Part shown: positions 8,936-16,605 of the stretch, one piece after another
How positions within the stretch are numbered: the stretch's first letter is position 1
Layout of the letters: each line of letters starts with the position of its first letter
Translations under genes and position numbers: made by a program
NCBI GenBank assembly: GCA_045641545.1
Contig: JAZUHD010000004.1
Coordinates: 39,674-71,673 of the forward strand
Direction: 5' to 3'
Length of the DNA stretch: 32,000 nt
Origin: Candidatus Nanosyncoccus sp.
GTDB lineage: Bacteria; Patescibacteriota; Saccharimonadia; Saccharimonadales; Saccharimonadaceae
Notes under the pieces: model-generated
Database searches by the model: none
What the model was told of the DNA's origin: nothing
The model's input: only the letters and a program-made list of their open reading frames with translations

Positions 8936-10897
8936 ATGTCAGGAGAAAGACTTTCCAATCGTCCAGCTGGAGCAGCGGAGAGCAATCTTGATACGCTCAA
9001 TGACTGGACTATGACGGATATAGTCAATACGGAAAAAGCCGCACCGGAAGATAGGCAGAACGCCGAAGCGGAAATTGCACGTCGAGAAAGTGAGGGAACT
9101 TATGATCTGGATTCAGCTTCCCATGACGTCCGCCATGATTTACTTTCTAACGGTTATGACGTTGAAGATGACAAAGTGCTTTATCCTAAGTCTGAATACG
9201 AAGCCTGGCTTCAGTCCGACAGAAGCGAGCCTATGCCAACCAGCATCAATAAAGAGACAATTCAAGACCGACTAGATGCAAAAAAAGTTGGATCGGCCGC
9301 ATTGGATGCTTATGCGGAATACGAAAGTGAACTGCCAATGCGCGAAAAAATAGCCCATCCAGAACGTACTTTATCTGAGAGCGATAAGGTTTCAATGGAA
9401 CGAAAAGCCGAAGAAAAGGCAAGAGATATTGAACTGGATGAACGCAGAAAATTGAAGAAAATCAACAAATACGGTAACAGCTACGCAGTTTCGCAGGCTC
9501 ATGCCAATCTACCGATTATTGAAGAACAGCCAGTAACTAGCGAGCGCATTCGTGAGGCGGAATCTCTCGATTCTAAAGCTGAAAAAATATACAATGTTTA
9601 TTCCGAACATTTTTCTGAAAATGCACCAAAATGGTTAGCTCATGGTGTGTCTTCAGCTATTGAAAGAGGTACTTTTAATAGCTTGCCTACAGATTCATTG
9701 GTGGTAAGCGGGTTTTGGTCTCGTGAACAAGATAAGATTCATGACAAATTAGATCCCGAAGATGTTATGTCTGCTGAGATTATTGACGCAGAATCTAGCC
9801 TTAAAGTCCATGTTGCGCGTGATCTTATCGGTGAAAAAGCTAGTGATTTATCTGAAACAGAAATCAAACGCGCCAAACTCAAAGGCTCACTCTATTCGAT
9901 TTATTCTGGCGCCAGAATTGATGAAAAATCTAGAAAAGTTGTCTATGCTATTCCATCAGAAAGGGGTGGTGAAGTCCGTGAGTTCATGGAGGGGTCAGGC
10001 ATTGATTTTGGGCAATTCGGCGAGAGTGCTCGCGCACGTGCTTTATCGTATCAGGGTTTTGCCAATATAATTGAAACCATCAAGAGTGACAAAAAAGAAA
10101 CAGAACGTGGCTTTAAAGCTCTTGACTGGTATTTTGATAATTTCGGATACGGCAAAGAAGAGAATATTAAAGCATTCCTAGGAACGCTCGGATCTTATGA
10201 AGAAGCCGCCGATGATGCATGGAAGATTAAATATAATGAATATCTAGACCATCGCAAAGAAGTTGGTGCTTTTTATGAAGATCAGAAAAAAGTTGAAGCA
10301 ATTCCGGTATTTGAGCGCGAAAATATCCAAGAAGATGTATCTGTAGAAGATTTAAGAGAAAAACTATTAACCGTAGCCGAAAGTGGCGAAGATAGGATTC
10401 TCCCAAGAACAAGTATCGGTAGAGGTGGCAGGTACGGAGGACCTCGTGCATCTTTTGAAGATGTGACTGATGGTGCAGAAGTAGATCAATATGCGTATAT
10501 TGATGCTAAAAAACTCGGTGCAATTATTTCGAAACATGAAGAATATAAGAGATTAGATCCAGATGCAAAATTACATACTGTCTTTTGGACTGATAAAAAT
10601 ACTGGTAAAGAAACCCATTATGCGGTATTAGACTACACTATGAATGGCCATAAAGTCGCAATTGTTGCACCATATGAAGCTAATTCTTCCGATGCGGCAT
10701 TCGATGTAATCGGTGTAGATTGGAGAGATGTATTTATTGCGTCTCCAGAGAGTAAACTAAGTGTACGTGACCGAGAAGGAGTTAAGGCATTCAACCATCG
10801 CGCCAATATGAGACAGGGCAGAGATGGTATTCAGAACATGTGGTTTAATCACGAAAAATATGTCGATAAATCAATTCGGAATATAGAATCAGCATAA
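8936..10897 (+). CDS. Large hypothetical, charged protein
   Basis: 653 aa uninterrupted ORF; SD GAAAGGA before ATG; extended -10 TGGTATAAT about 45 nt upstream; no signal peptide or TM; hairpin terminator downstream. Confidence 0.85.
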   Translation: MSGERLSNRPAGAAESNLDTLNDWTMTDIVNTEKAAPEDRQNAEAEIARRESEGTYDLDSASHDVRHDLLSNGYDVEDDKVLYPKSEYEAWLQSDRSEPMPTSINKETIQDRLDAKKVGSAALDAYAEYESELPMREKIAHPERTLSESDKVSMERKAEEKARDIELDERRKLKKINKYGNSYAVSQAHANLPIIEEQPVTSERIREAESLDSKAEKIYNVYSEHFSENAPKWLAHGVSSAIERGTFNSLPTDSLVVSGFWSREQDKIHDKLDPEDVMSAEIIDAESSLKVHVARDLIGEKASDLSETEIKRAKLKGSLYSIYSGARIDEKSRKVVYAIPSERGGEVREFMEGSGIDFGQFGESARARALSYQGFANIIETIKSDKKETERGFKALDWYFDNFGYGKEENIKAFLGTLGSYEEAADDAWKIKYNEYLDHRKEVGAFYEDQKKVEAIPVFERENIQEDVSVEDLREKLLTVAESGEDRILPRTSIGRGGRYGGPRASFEDVTDGAEVDQYAYIDAKKLGAIISKHEEYKRLDPDAKLHTVFWTDKNTGKETHYAVLDYTMNGHKVAIVAPYEANSSDAAFDVIGVDWRDVFIASPESKLSVRDREGVKAFNHRANMRQGRDGIQNMWFNHEKYVDKSIRNIESA

Positions 10898-10907
10898 GGA
10901 AAAAGAC

Positions 10908-10930
10908 CCACCTAGGTGGGCCATTTTTTG
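10908..10930 (+). terminator. Intrinsic terminator of the 653-aa gene
   Basis: CCCACCTAGGTGGG-CCATTTTTTG. Confidence 0.75.
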
Positions 10931-10931
10931 T

Positions 10932-11189
10932 TTAGGACCTGGTTAGTCCTGTCGTTAATTCATAGACAGCTTTTCTGGTAATAACCGGCAAATCGCCATT
11001 CTCATCGAGTATGTTTTGCGCCATCAATATTTTTTTGGCCTCTCTTTCGATTCTCATAGTTTCGCAGTATGTACATAACTGCGAATAGGCGTATGGGTTG
11101 TCCCAGAATAAAACATCCAGCTTTTGTTTTAACTTCTCTTTTAAGACATCCTGGAGCTGAATGACGGAAGCATGATATGTCTGCTGCAT
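10932..11189 (-). CDS. Small hypothetical protein
   Basis: 85 aa, SD GGGAGG before ATG, consensus promoter at 11243..11271. Confidence 0.65.
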   Translation of the reverse strand: MQQTYHASVIQLQDVLKEKLKQKLDVLFWDNPYAYSQLCTYCETMRIEREAKKILMAQNILDENGDLPVITRKAVYELTTGLTRS

Positions 11190-11242
11190 ATAATTAACCT
11201 CCCTCCATTAAAGTGCCCCATTTTCAATGAAATGGTTTATCT

Positions 11243-11271
11243 ATTATAGCACAAACAGAATAAAATGTCAA
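11243..11271 (-). promoter_or_regulatory. Consensus promoter for 10932..11189
   Basis: Reverse strand TTGACA-17 nt-TATAAT, extended TGC. Confidence 0.85.
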
Positions 11272-11288
11272 TTTTTATGCTTTTGCTG

Positions 11289-12205
11289 CTAATTCATCTC
11301 AACACCTTTGCAACACATTTGCATAGGAGTTATAAACTGCAATCCTAAGTGCAGCCGTTTGTGGTTATAAAAGTCAAGATATTTCTCTAATCTTGCTTGG
11401 GCCTCTTCTAAGGTTTCTTTACTTGGTAGATAATCTCCTAAACATTTTTCCCTAAGAGTTCTATTGAACCTTTCTATATGTGCATTGTCATTCGGTCTTC
11501 TAACTCTCGTATGTCTCCAGTTGATTCCTCTTCTTAACAACTCATCCTGGAACTTTTTCCCAAACTCCATACCATTATCAGTCTGCACCATACTGAACTC
11601 AAACCCAAATCTCTTCTGTGCAATAAGAACTGCTTTAATTGAATGATATTATTGCATGTCATTATGTAGATATACATAAGCCATTCTAGAATAAACATCA
11701 ATAACTGAAGTAGCATACCTCCTTTCCTTAGTGATTGGATGCTAGAAGTGGACGGAGCCCACTTCTACCAAAGCTCCAGGATAATCTGCATGGGGTCTCT
11801 TAGTAAATTTTCTATATCTATGCCATTTACTCTTCTTCCTAGTCAAACCAGAACGCTTAATAATCCTCCTGACGCTAGAAAGACTAATATCTATTCCTCT
11901 ATTCTTAGCCTCCATCCAGACTACTTCTGCACATCTCTTGGTTTCTATTCGAATAGCAATAATCTGTTCTATAAGGTTATTATCTAGGCTTCTAGGACTA
12001 TTCTTTGGCTTAGAGCTAATAGTTGGTATATGCCTATAATCTCATGATTCTTAATTAACGATTCATAGCGTTTTATCCAACGATAAATGGTAGATCGATT
12101 ACGGCCAAACCTTCTAGCTACTTGAGCCTTGCTTCTGCCGGATTTTACTTCCTCTATGGCTTTATATCTAGCTTTTTCTTGGGCTTTTGTATTACAATAG
12201 GACAT
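11289..12205 (-). pseudogene. Degenerate IS-type DDE transposase (HTH + integrase core, IS481/IS3-like)
   Basis: HTH piece MSYCNTKAQEKARYKAIEEVKSGRSKAQVARRFGRNRSTIYRWIKRY; frameshift near 12045; core with in-frame TAG (...VEVGSVHF*HPITKERR) and TAA (...HNDMQ*YHSIKAVL); intact end FSMVQTDNGMEFGKKFQDELLRRGINWRHTRVRRPNDNAHIERFNRTLREKCL. Confidence 0.85.
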
Positions 12206-12341
12206 AGGTAGTCCATCCTTTCTGTAAGTTAAGTGATATTTACTAATAGTCTAGATGACTACCTTTTTGTTGGCAAGAATTTGTCGCGAAGGTGTTGAGT
12301 TATTACGCATTCCTTGATATTATCTGGAGGATATATTAGAA

Positions 12342-12476
12342 TGTTTATCACGCCGATCCAATTCTTTGGTACTGTCACTGCTAGAGATATCGCATTGGTG
12401 TGCGGCAAAAGTTTCTATATTACGTTTTCGGGTAGTTTTCGCGCAAGAAATATTAAAACTTTTGCCGGGTTATGAC
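12342..12476 (+). CDS. Possible 44-aa small ORF
   Basis: SD CTGGAGG before ATG; MFITPIQFFGTVTARDIALVCGKSFYITFSGSFRARNIKTFAGL*; no homology known to me. Confidence 0.25.
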
Positions 12477-12654
12477 CGGAACGATAAGAAATAATGTGCA
12501 CATTCGTTTCAAAGGTCTTGATATATTTTCTCGTCTTTTCACGGGAGACGAACCTTTCTAGCCAACCTTCGAAAGCCGGTCTTGCGCATGCTGGCTTTCA
12601 TTCAGAGAATCGTTGAAGAGCCAAAGCTTCAATCAGATTTTCTTTTTCTTCCGG

Positions 12655-12686
12655 GCACGTTAGTGGGTAGTGTGCCCTTTTTCTTT
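12655..12686 (+). terminator. Putative intrinsic terminator upstream of the structured locus
   Basis: GGGCAC...GTGCCC followed by TTTTTC. Confidence 0.55.
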
Positions 12687-12750
12687 TTTAAAAAAAGGCT
12701 TGATTTTTTATTTTGGTTGTTATAAACTAATCACTATCCCACTGAGCTAT

Positions 12751-12817
12751 CCCTTTAAGAGGATGGTCTGGGTATCGCTCGAAGAGTCGTTCCTTCAAGA
12801 GGATGACCTGGGCGTTC
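12751..12817 (+). repeat. Imperfect direct repeat, 40-nt period
   Basis: CCTTTAAGAGGATGGTCTGGGTATCG and CCTTCAAGAGGATGACCTGGGCGTTCG. Confidence 0.7.
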
Positions 12818-12955
12818 GACGTAACGAGACCTATGCGCTAAGAAGCGCGTAAGAGCTGTCTCGTTGTACATTAAGATTGACACAGAACAATCGAAAAAGA
12901 ATTATATGCACTTTTGTTTTGTGTCAAAGATTAAGGTGAGAAACCTGTTAAGTTA

Positions 12956-13025
12956 AGGAGGAACGGTCCGATGGTTTAATTATCTCTTTGAGATTTTAAA
13001 AGGAGGACAACGTCCGATGTGCTAA
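12956..13025 (+). repeat. Two repeated SD-start-stop minigenes
   Basis: AGGAGGAACGGTCCG-ATG-GTT-TAA (12956..12979) and AGGAGGACAACGTCCG-ATG-TGC-TAA (13001..13025). Confidence 0.75.
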
Positions 13026-13126
13026 CCTCTCACGGCTTCGGCCGTAATTATCGTTATCGACGACATCAACATTCCCGACTCAAAACAGAATCGGTCTTGC
13101 ATATGCCGATTCATCACCTTTTTCTC

Positions 13127-13152
13127 TGAGGCGCTCCGGCGCCTCTTTTTCT
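13127..13152 (+). terminator. Strong intrinsic terminator
   Basis: GAGGCGC-TCCG-GCGCCTC-TTTTTC. Confidence 0.9.
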
Positions 13153-13182
13153 TTTTTGGGGAAAATATGATATAATAATTTT

Positions 13183-13272
13183 ATGAAATTTGTGGGTAGT
13201 TATGAACCGGGGGAATTTGAACCAGATATTTATGCTGCTTGGGAGGCAAGTGGGGCGTTTCAGCCAATTTAA
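13183..13272 (+). pseudogene. Truncated valyl-tRNA synthetase N-terminus-like fragment
   Basis: MKFVGSYEPGEFEPDIYAAWEASGAFQPI* resembles the ValS N-terminal motif (Y.P.E.EP..Y..WE.SG.F.P). The reading frame stops before any catalytic-domain sequence. Confidence 0.5.
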
Positions 13273-13352
13273 CCATTACTCAAAATTTAGCGGAATTGAC
13301 GGAGAAATCCCGACATTCCAGTATGAGCCTAAATAAGCCAAAATCATTCAAA

Positions 13353-13376
13353 CTGCGCCCCACCCGGGGCGCTTTA
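13353..13376. terminator. GC-rich hairpin between the fragment and fakB-like gene
   Basis: GCGCCCC-ACC(C)-GGGGCGC-TTTAT. Confidence 0.65.
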
Positions 13377-13377
13377 T

Positions 13378-14247
13378 TTATCTATGTTTTGCGTAGAAGC
13401 AAATTCCAACCGCATCTGGTCCGCAATGTGCGCCGATTGTTGGATTTATTGTTTCAGTTTCAATATTCAAATCCTCGCCAAATTCTTCAATTAGACGTTT
13501 TTTGATTTCGTCAACAAGCTCATTATTATCGGATGACGCAATAATAATGCGATGATCTTTGATATCTTGCCCCAAATCTTTAACATAGGAAATCAATTTT
13601 TCGGCTGCTTTGAATCGGCCTTTTTCTTTTCCAATGCTAAGCATTTTTCCTTCATTGTCGACATAAATAATCGGACGAATACCTAAAAGCGTACCCATAG
13701 TGCCAGCCAAATTAGAAACGCGGCCGCTTTGCTTGAAAAATTTCAAATCATCAGCGAAGAAATACAACGCAAAATGATCGACTTCGCCTTCTGCCCACTC
13801 TTTTAGTTCTTCGCCGGAAATTCCTGTTTTCGCCTTTTCACTAATTTCCTCAAGCAAATTCAGACAAAGCGCGGAAATACCTTTAAGGTCAACCTCAAAA
13901 AACTTTCTTTCAGGATATTTTTCAAGAAGTTTTTTAACGGCCGCATCCATGCGATCAAAAGTCCCCGACATACTTCTGGAAAAATGCGGATAAAATATGT
14001 CGTCGCCATTCTTGAAGACCGGTTCAAAATATTCAATATATTTTTCTTCGGATATTGAACTTGTTTTTGGCAAAGTGCCCTCGCGAAGCATCTCATAAAA
14101 CTCGTGCGAATTAAATTCATCCCAATCTTCATATGGACAAACCAATTTATCACCAATCGAATATGGCATACTAATTAACTTGTATCCTAATTCTCTGGCA
14201 TTTCTTTTCGTAATATCACAATCAGTATCAGCGAAAAGCTGCAACAT
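13378..14247 (-). CDS. fakB: DegV-family fatty-acid-binding protein (FakB-like)
   Basis: 289 aa; MLQLFADTDCDITKRNARELGYKLISMPYSI...FSRSMSGTFDRMDAAVKKLLEKYPERKFFEVD; GAHCGPDAVGICFYAK; SD AGGAG. Confidence 0.85.
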   Translation of the reverse strand: MLQLFADTDCDITKRNARELGYKLISMPYSIGDKLVCPYEDWDEFNSHEFYEMLREGTLPKTSSISEEKYIEYFEPVFKNGDDIFYPHFSRSMSGTFDRMDAAVKKLLEKYPERKFFEVDLKGISALCLNLLEEISEKAKTGISGEELKEWAEGEVDHFALYFFADDLKFFKQSGRVSNLAGTMGTLLGIRPIIYVDNEGKMLSIGKEKGRFKAAEKLISYVKDLGQDIKDHRIIIASSDNNELVDEIKKRLIEEFGEDLNIETETINPTIGAHCGPDAVGICFYAKHR

Positions 14248-14255
14248 GTTTTCTC

Positions 14256-15911
14256 CTATTCTAATATTAAGATATAGTCATAGACTGGCTGACCGCCATC
14301 GAGCAAATATAGCTCCTGTCTATTATACTTTTCTTTCAAGATTTTTTCCAACTTTTTAGCCTCAGTTTCGCCAACATTGCTTCCGTAAAATAAAATCGCA
14401 ATATCGAAATTCTGCATACTGAGTTTCTCGGCCAATGTCAGAAGTGCATCTTCGCGATTTTTTATGCTAATGAATACCTCTCCATCGGAAAAACCAATAT
14501 AATCCCCAGAAGAAATCTCAATATTATTCATTTTTGCATCTCGAGAAGCTTGAGAAACTTGTCCAGTTTTCACGCCAGAAATAGCACCATATAATCCATC
14601 AATGAGCTCATCGGGATTTTCGATGTTTGCGTCGAATATTGAAATGGCAGCATAGCCTTCGCCGATTGTCTTCGTTCCAATTACTCTAATATCTTTTTCG
14701 GAAGCGTTTGCGGCTTGTTCTGCGGCCATTATGATATTCTTGTTATTTGGAAAAACCAGAATAATGTCCGCATTAATTTCGTTGAAAGCCTCAAGAAAAT
14801 CATTAGTCGAAGGATTCATACTTTGTCCGCCAGGAATAACTACGTCACATCCAAGTTCAGAAAAAGTATCAATAATTCCACGTCCATTCGCAACAGTGAC
14901 AATCCCGTATTTCTTGTGAGGTTTTGACTTAAAATCATCAAAAGAATTACGAATAACAGTATTATTATGCTGCAATGCCATATTTTCAATCTTGAGCTTT
15001 AGAAATTCGCCAAGTTCTTGGCAATGATTTAAAATCTCTCCAGGATTCTTAGAGTGAACGTGGACCTTAACGATGCTTCCATCTTGAAAACAGACAACAG
15101 AGTCACCAACGGATTTTAGATAATTTGTGAAATCTTCAACACTAAACTCGGAAATATTTGTTTTTTTGTTCTGAAGCCGCAGAAGAAATTCAGTACAGTA
15201 CCCAAATTCCAGTTCGCTATCTTCGGTAAAAAGGGAAATATCAAGTTCTTCTGCGCTATTTTTTCGCTCCTTCAAGAAATCCAAGTCGACTTTTTCACCA
15301 TTTAATGCATTTTGCATGCCTTCAAATATATAAAGTAAGCCGACTCCGCCGCTGTCAACAACGCCGGCTTCCTTTAAGGAAGGTAATAGTTCAGGAGTTG
15401 TTTCCACCGAGCGTCGCATTTCTCGTGTCAAAAACTCAAAATATTCCTCAAAAGTGGTATTTTCAGAAGACTCTTTTTTTGCAAAATCCACACCGTCTCG
15501 AAGAACGGTGAGAATGGTTCCTTCGACTGGCTTCGCGACAGCAGCGTAGGCTTCTTCAACTCCGCAATCCATCGCAAAAGCAAATTCAGAAACTGAAGCA
15601 TCGATTTTTCCTTTTAGCCCACGAGCGATGCCGGCAAAAATGCGCGAAAGGATTACACCTGAATTCCCACGTGCTCCAAGCAGCACCTCATGCATAACTT
15701 TATCTGAGATTTTTTCTAAAGATATCGGATCGTCAATATCTTCCGACTTTGCGGCGGCATTGATTGTCATTGACATATTGTCGCCAGTATCACCGTCGGG
15801 CACTGGAAAAACATTTAGCTCATTAACGACTTCTTTTTTGTCTGCCAAATTTGCAGCACCAAACCTAACCATATCGGCGTAGAGCGCGCCGTTTAAACTT
15901 ATAGTTTTCAC
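14256..15911 (-). CDS. fakA: DAK2/DhaL-domain fatty acid kinase (FakA-like)
   Basis: 551 aa; NVFPVPDGDTGDNMSMTI...LLGARGNSGVILSRIFAG...VVDSGGVGLLYIFEGM; GTG start overlapping plsY stop (GTGA). Confidence 0.9.
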   Translation of the reverse strand: MKTISLNGALYADMVRFGAANLADKKEVVNELNVFPVPDGDTGDNMSMTINAAAKSEDIDDPISLEKISDKVMHEVLLGARGNSGVILSRIFAGIARGLKGKIDASVSEFAFAMDCGVEEAYAAVAKPVEGTILTVLRDGVDFAKKESSENTTFEEYFEFLTREMRRSVETTPELLPSLKEAGVVDSGGVGLLYIFEGMQNALNGEKVDLDFLKERKNSAEELDISLFTEDSELEFGYCTEFLLRLQNKKTNISEFSVEDFTNYLKSVGDSVVCFQDGSIVKVHVHSKNPGEILNHCQELGEFLKLKIENMALQHNNTVIRNSFDDFKSKPHKKYGIVTVANGRGIIDTFSELGCDVVIPGGQSMNPSTNDFLEAFNEINADIILVFPNNKNIIMAAEQAANASEKDIRVIGTKTIGEGYAAISIFDANIENPDELIDGLYGAISGVKTGQVSQASRDAKMNNIEISSGDYIGFSDGEVFISIKNREDALLTLAEKLSMQNFDIAILFYGSNVGETEAKKLEKILKEKYNRQELYLLDGGQPVYDYILILE

Positions 15912-16555
15912 TTTGAAACGCTGACCTTTCTTCTGGATCTTTTTTCTTCAGTTTTTGCGAAAAGCGGAGAATGCTTAAGGATTGCAAGTGCGGACATTAA
16001 AATACCGCCGAGCATGATTGAACCTTGGTCTGCATAATATCCGACAAATAATGATGCTAAGATTAAAAAAGTAAACATAATGTAGGCTCGCCTATCGCCG
16101 GGGACAGATTTACATAGAAATTCAAAGAATAAGTTCAGAACACCAAGAACAATTAGGAGATATGGCGCAGTCCATGTTAAAAATAAAGCGGTTAAAACTC
16201 CATAAATCGTTCCGATGCATTTTCCGCCAGAAAAATTATGATAAATAGAAAATGCGTGACCAAGAACGGGCGCCAGCATAACCAGACCAAATAATGGATT
16301 TTCGATGTCGAGATATTTAATTGCAATAAAAGTTGGCAAAAAACCTTTAAGCATATCGAGTAAAAGTCCGGAAATTCCGGCAATTTTGCCACAATGCCAA
16401 AATGCGTTTGCTGCGCCTGGATTACCATCTTTTGAAACCTTGCAAATGTCGGTCTTGAAAAAAGTCAGGCAAATTACCCGACAAAACATAATACTTCCGA
16501 GGAAATATCCACCAATAATTAGTGCCAACCAGGGCAAAACATTTTCTGCTATCAT
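15908..16555 (-). CDS. plsY: Acyl-phosphate glycerol-3-phosphate acyltransferase PlsY
   Basis: 215 aa multi-TM; motifs YFLGSIMF, GNPGAANAFWHCGK, APVLGHAFSIYHNFSGGKC. Confidence 0.85.
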   Translation of the reverse strand: MIAENVLPWLALIIGGYFLGSIMFCRVICLTFFKTDICKVSKDGNPGAANAFWHCGKIAGISGLLLDMLKGFLPTFIAIKYLDIENPLFGLVMLAPVLGHAFSIYHNFSGGKCIGTIYGVLTALFLTWTAPYLLIVLGVLNLFFEFLCKSVPGDRRAYIMFTFLILASLFVGYYADQGSIMLGGILMSALAILKHSPLFAKTEEKRSRRKVSVSK

Positions 16556-16605
16556 AAGATACCTAGTACATTATAACCTTAATCAAAAATAAAATCAAGC
16601 AAAAG

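Larger units (their letters stand above)
12730..13152 (+). ncRNA. Putative structured non-coding RNA or leader with repeated minigenes and terminal intrinsic terminator
   Basis: Possible -10 TATAAA just upstream; successive hairpins (AACGAGAC/GTCTCGTT, TTGACACA/TGTGTCAA, ACGGC-TTCG-GCCGT, GAATCGG/CCGATTC); no long ORF; ends in GAGGCGC-TCCG-GCGCCTC-TTTTTC. Confidence 0.5.

Noticed and set aside
11534-11987. Stop codon readthrough in the transposase
   Set aside because: A frameshift, two different stops (TAG and TAA) and loss of a catalytic Asp together point to decay, not recoding.
12732-12756. Degenerate tRNA on the reverse strand (GGGATAGCTCAGTGGGATAG)
   Set aside because: It resembles a tRNA 5' D-arm, but no anticodon arm, T arm or acceptor complement follows.
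12740-13152. tmRNA, RNase P RNA or T-box leader interpretation of the structured locus
   Set aside because: No tRNA-like ends or tag ORF, no GAGGAAAGTCC core, and no AGGGTGGNACCGCG T-box were found by eye. A formal Rfam search was not possible.
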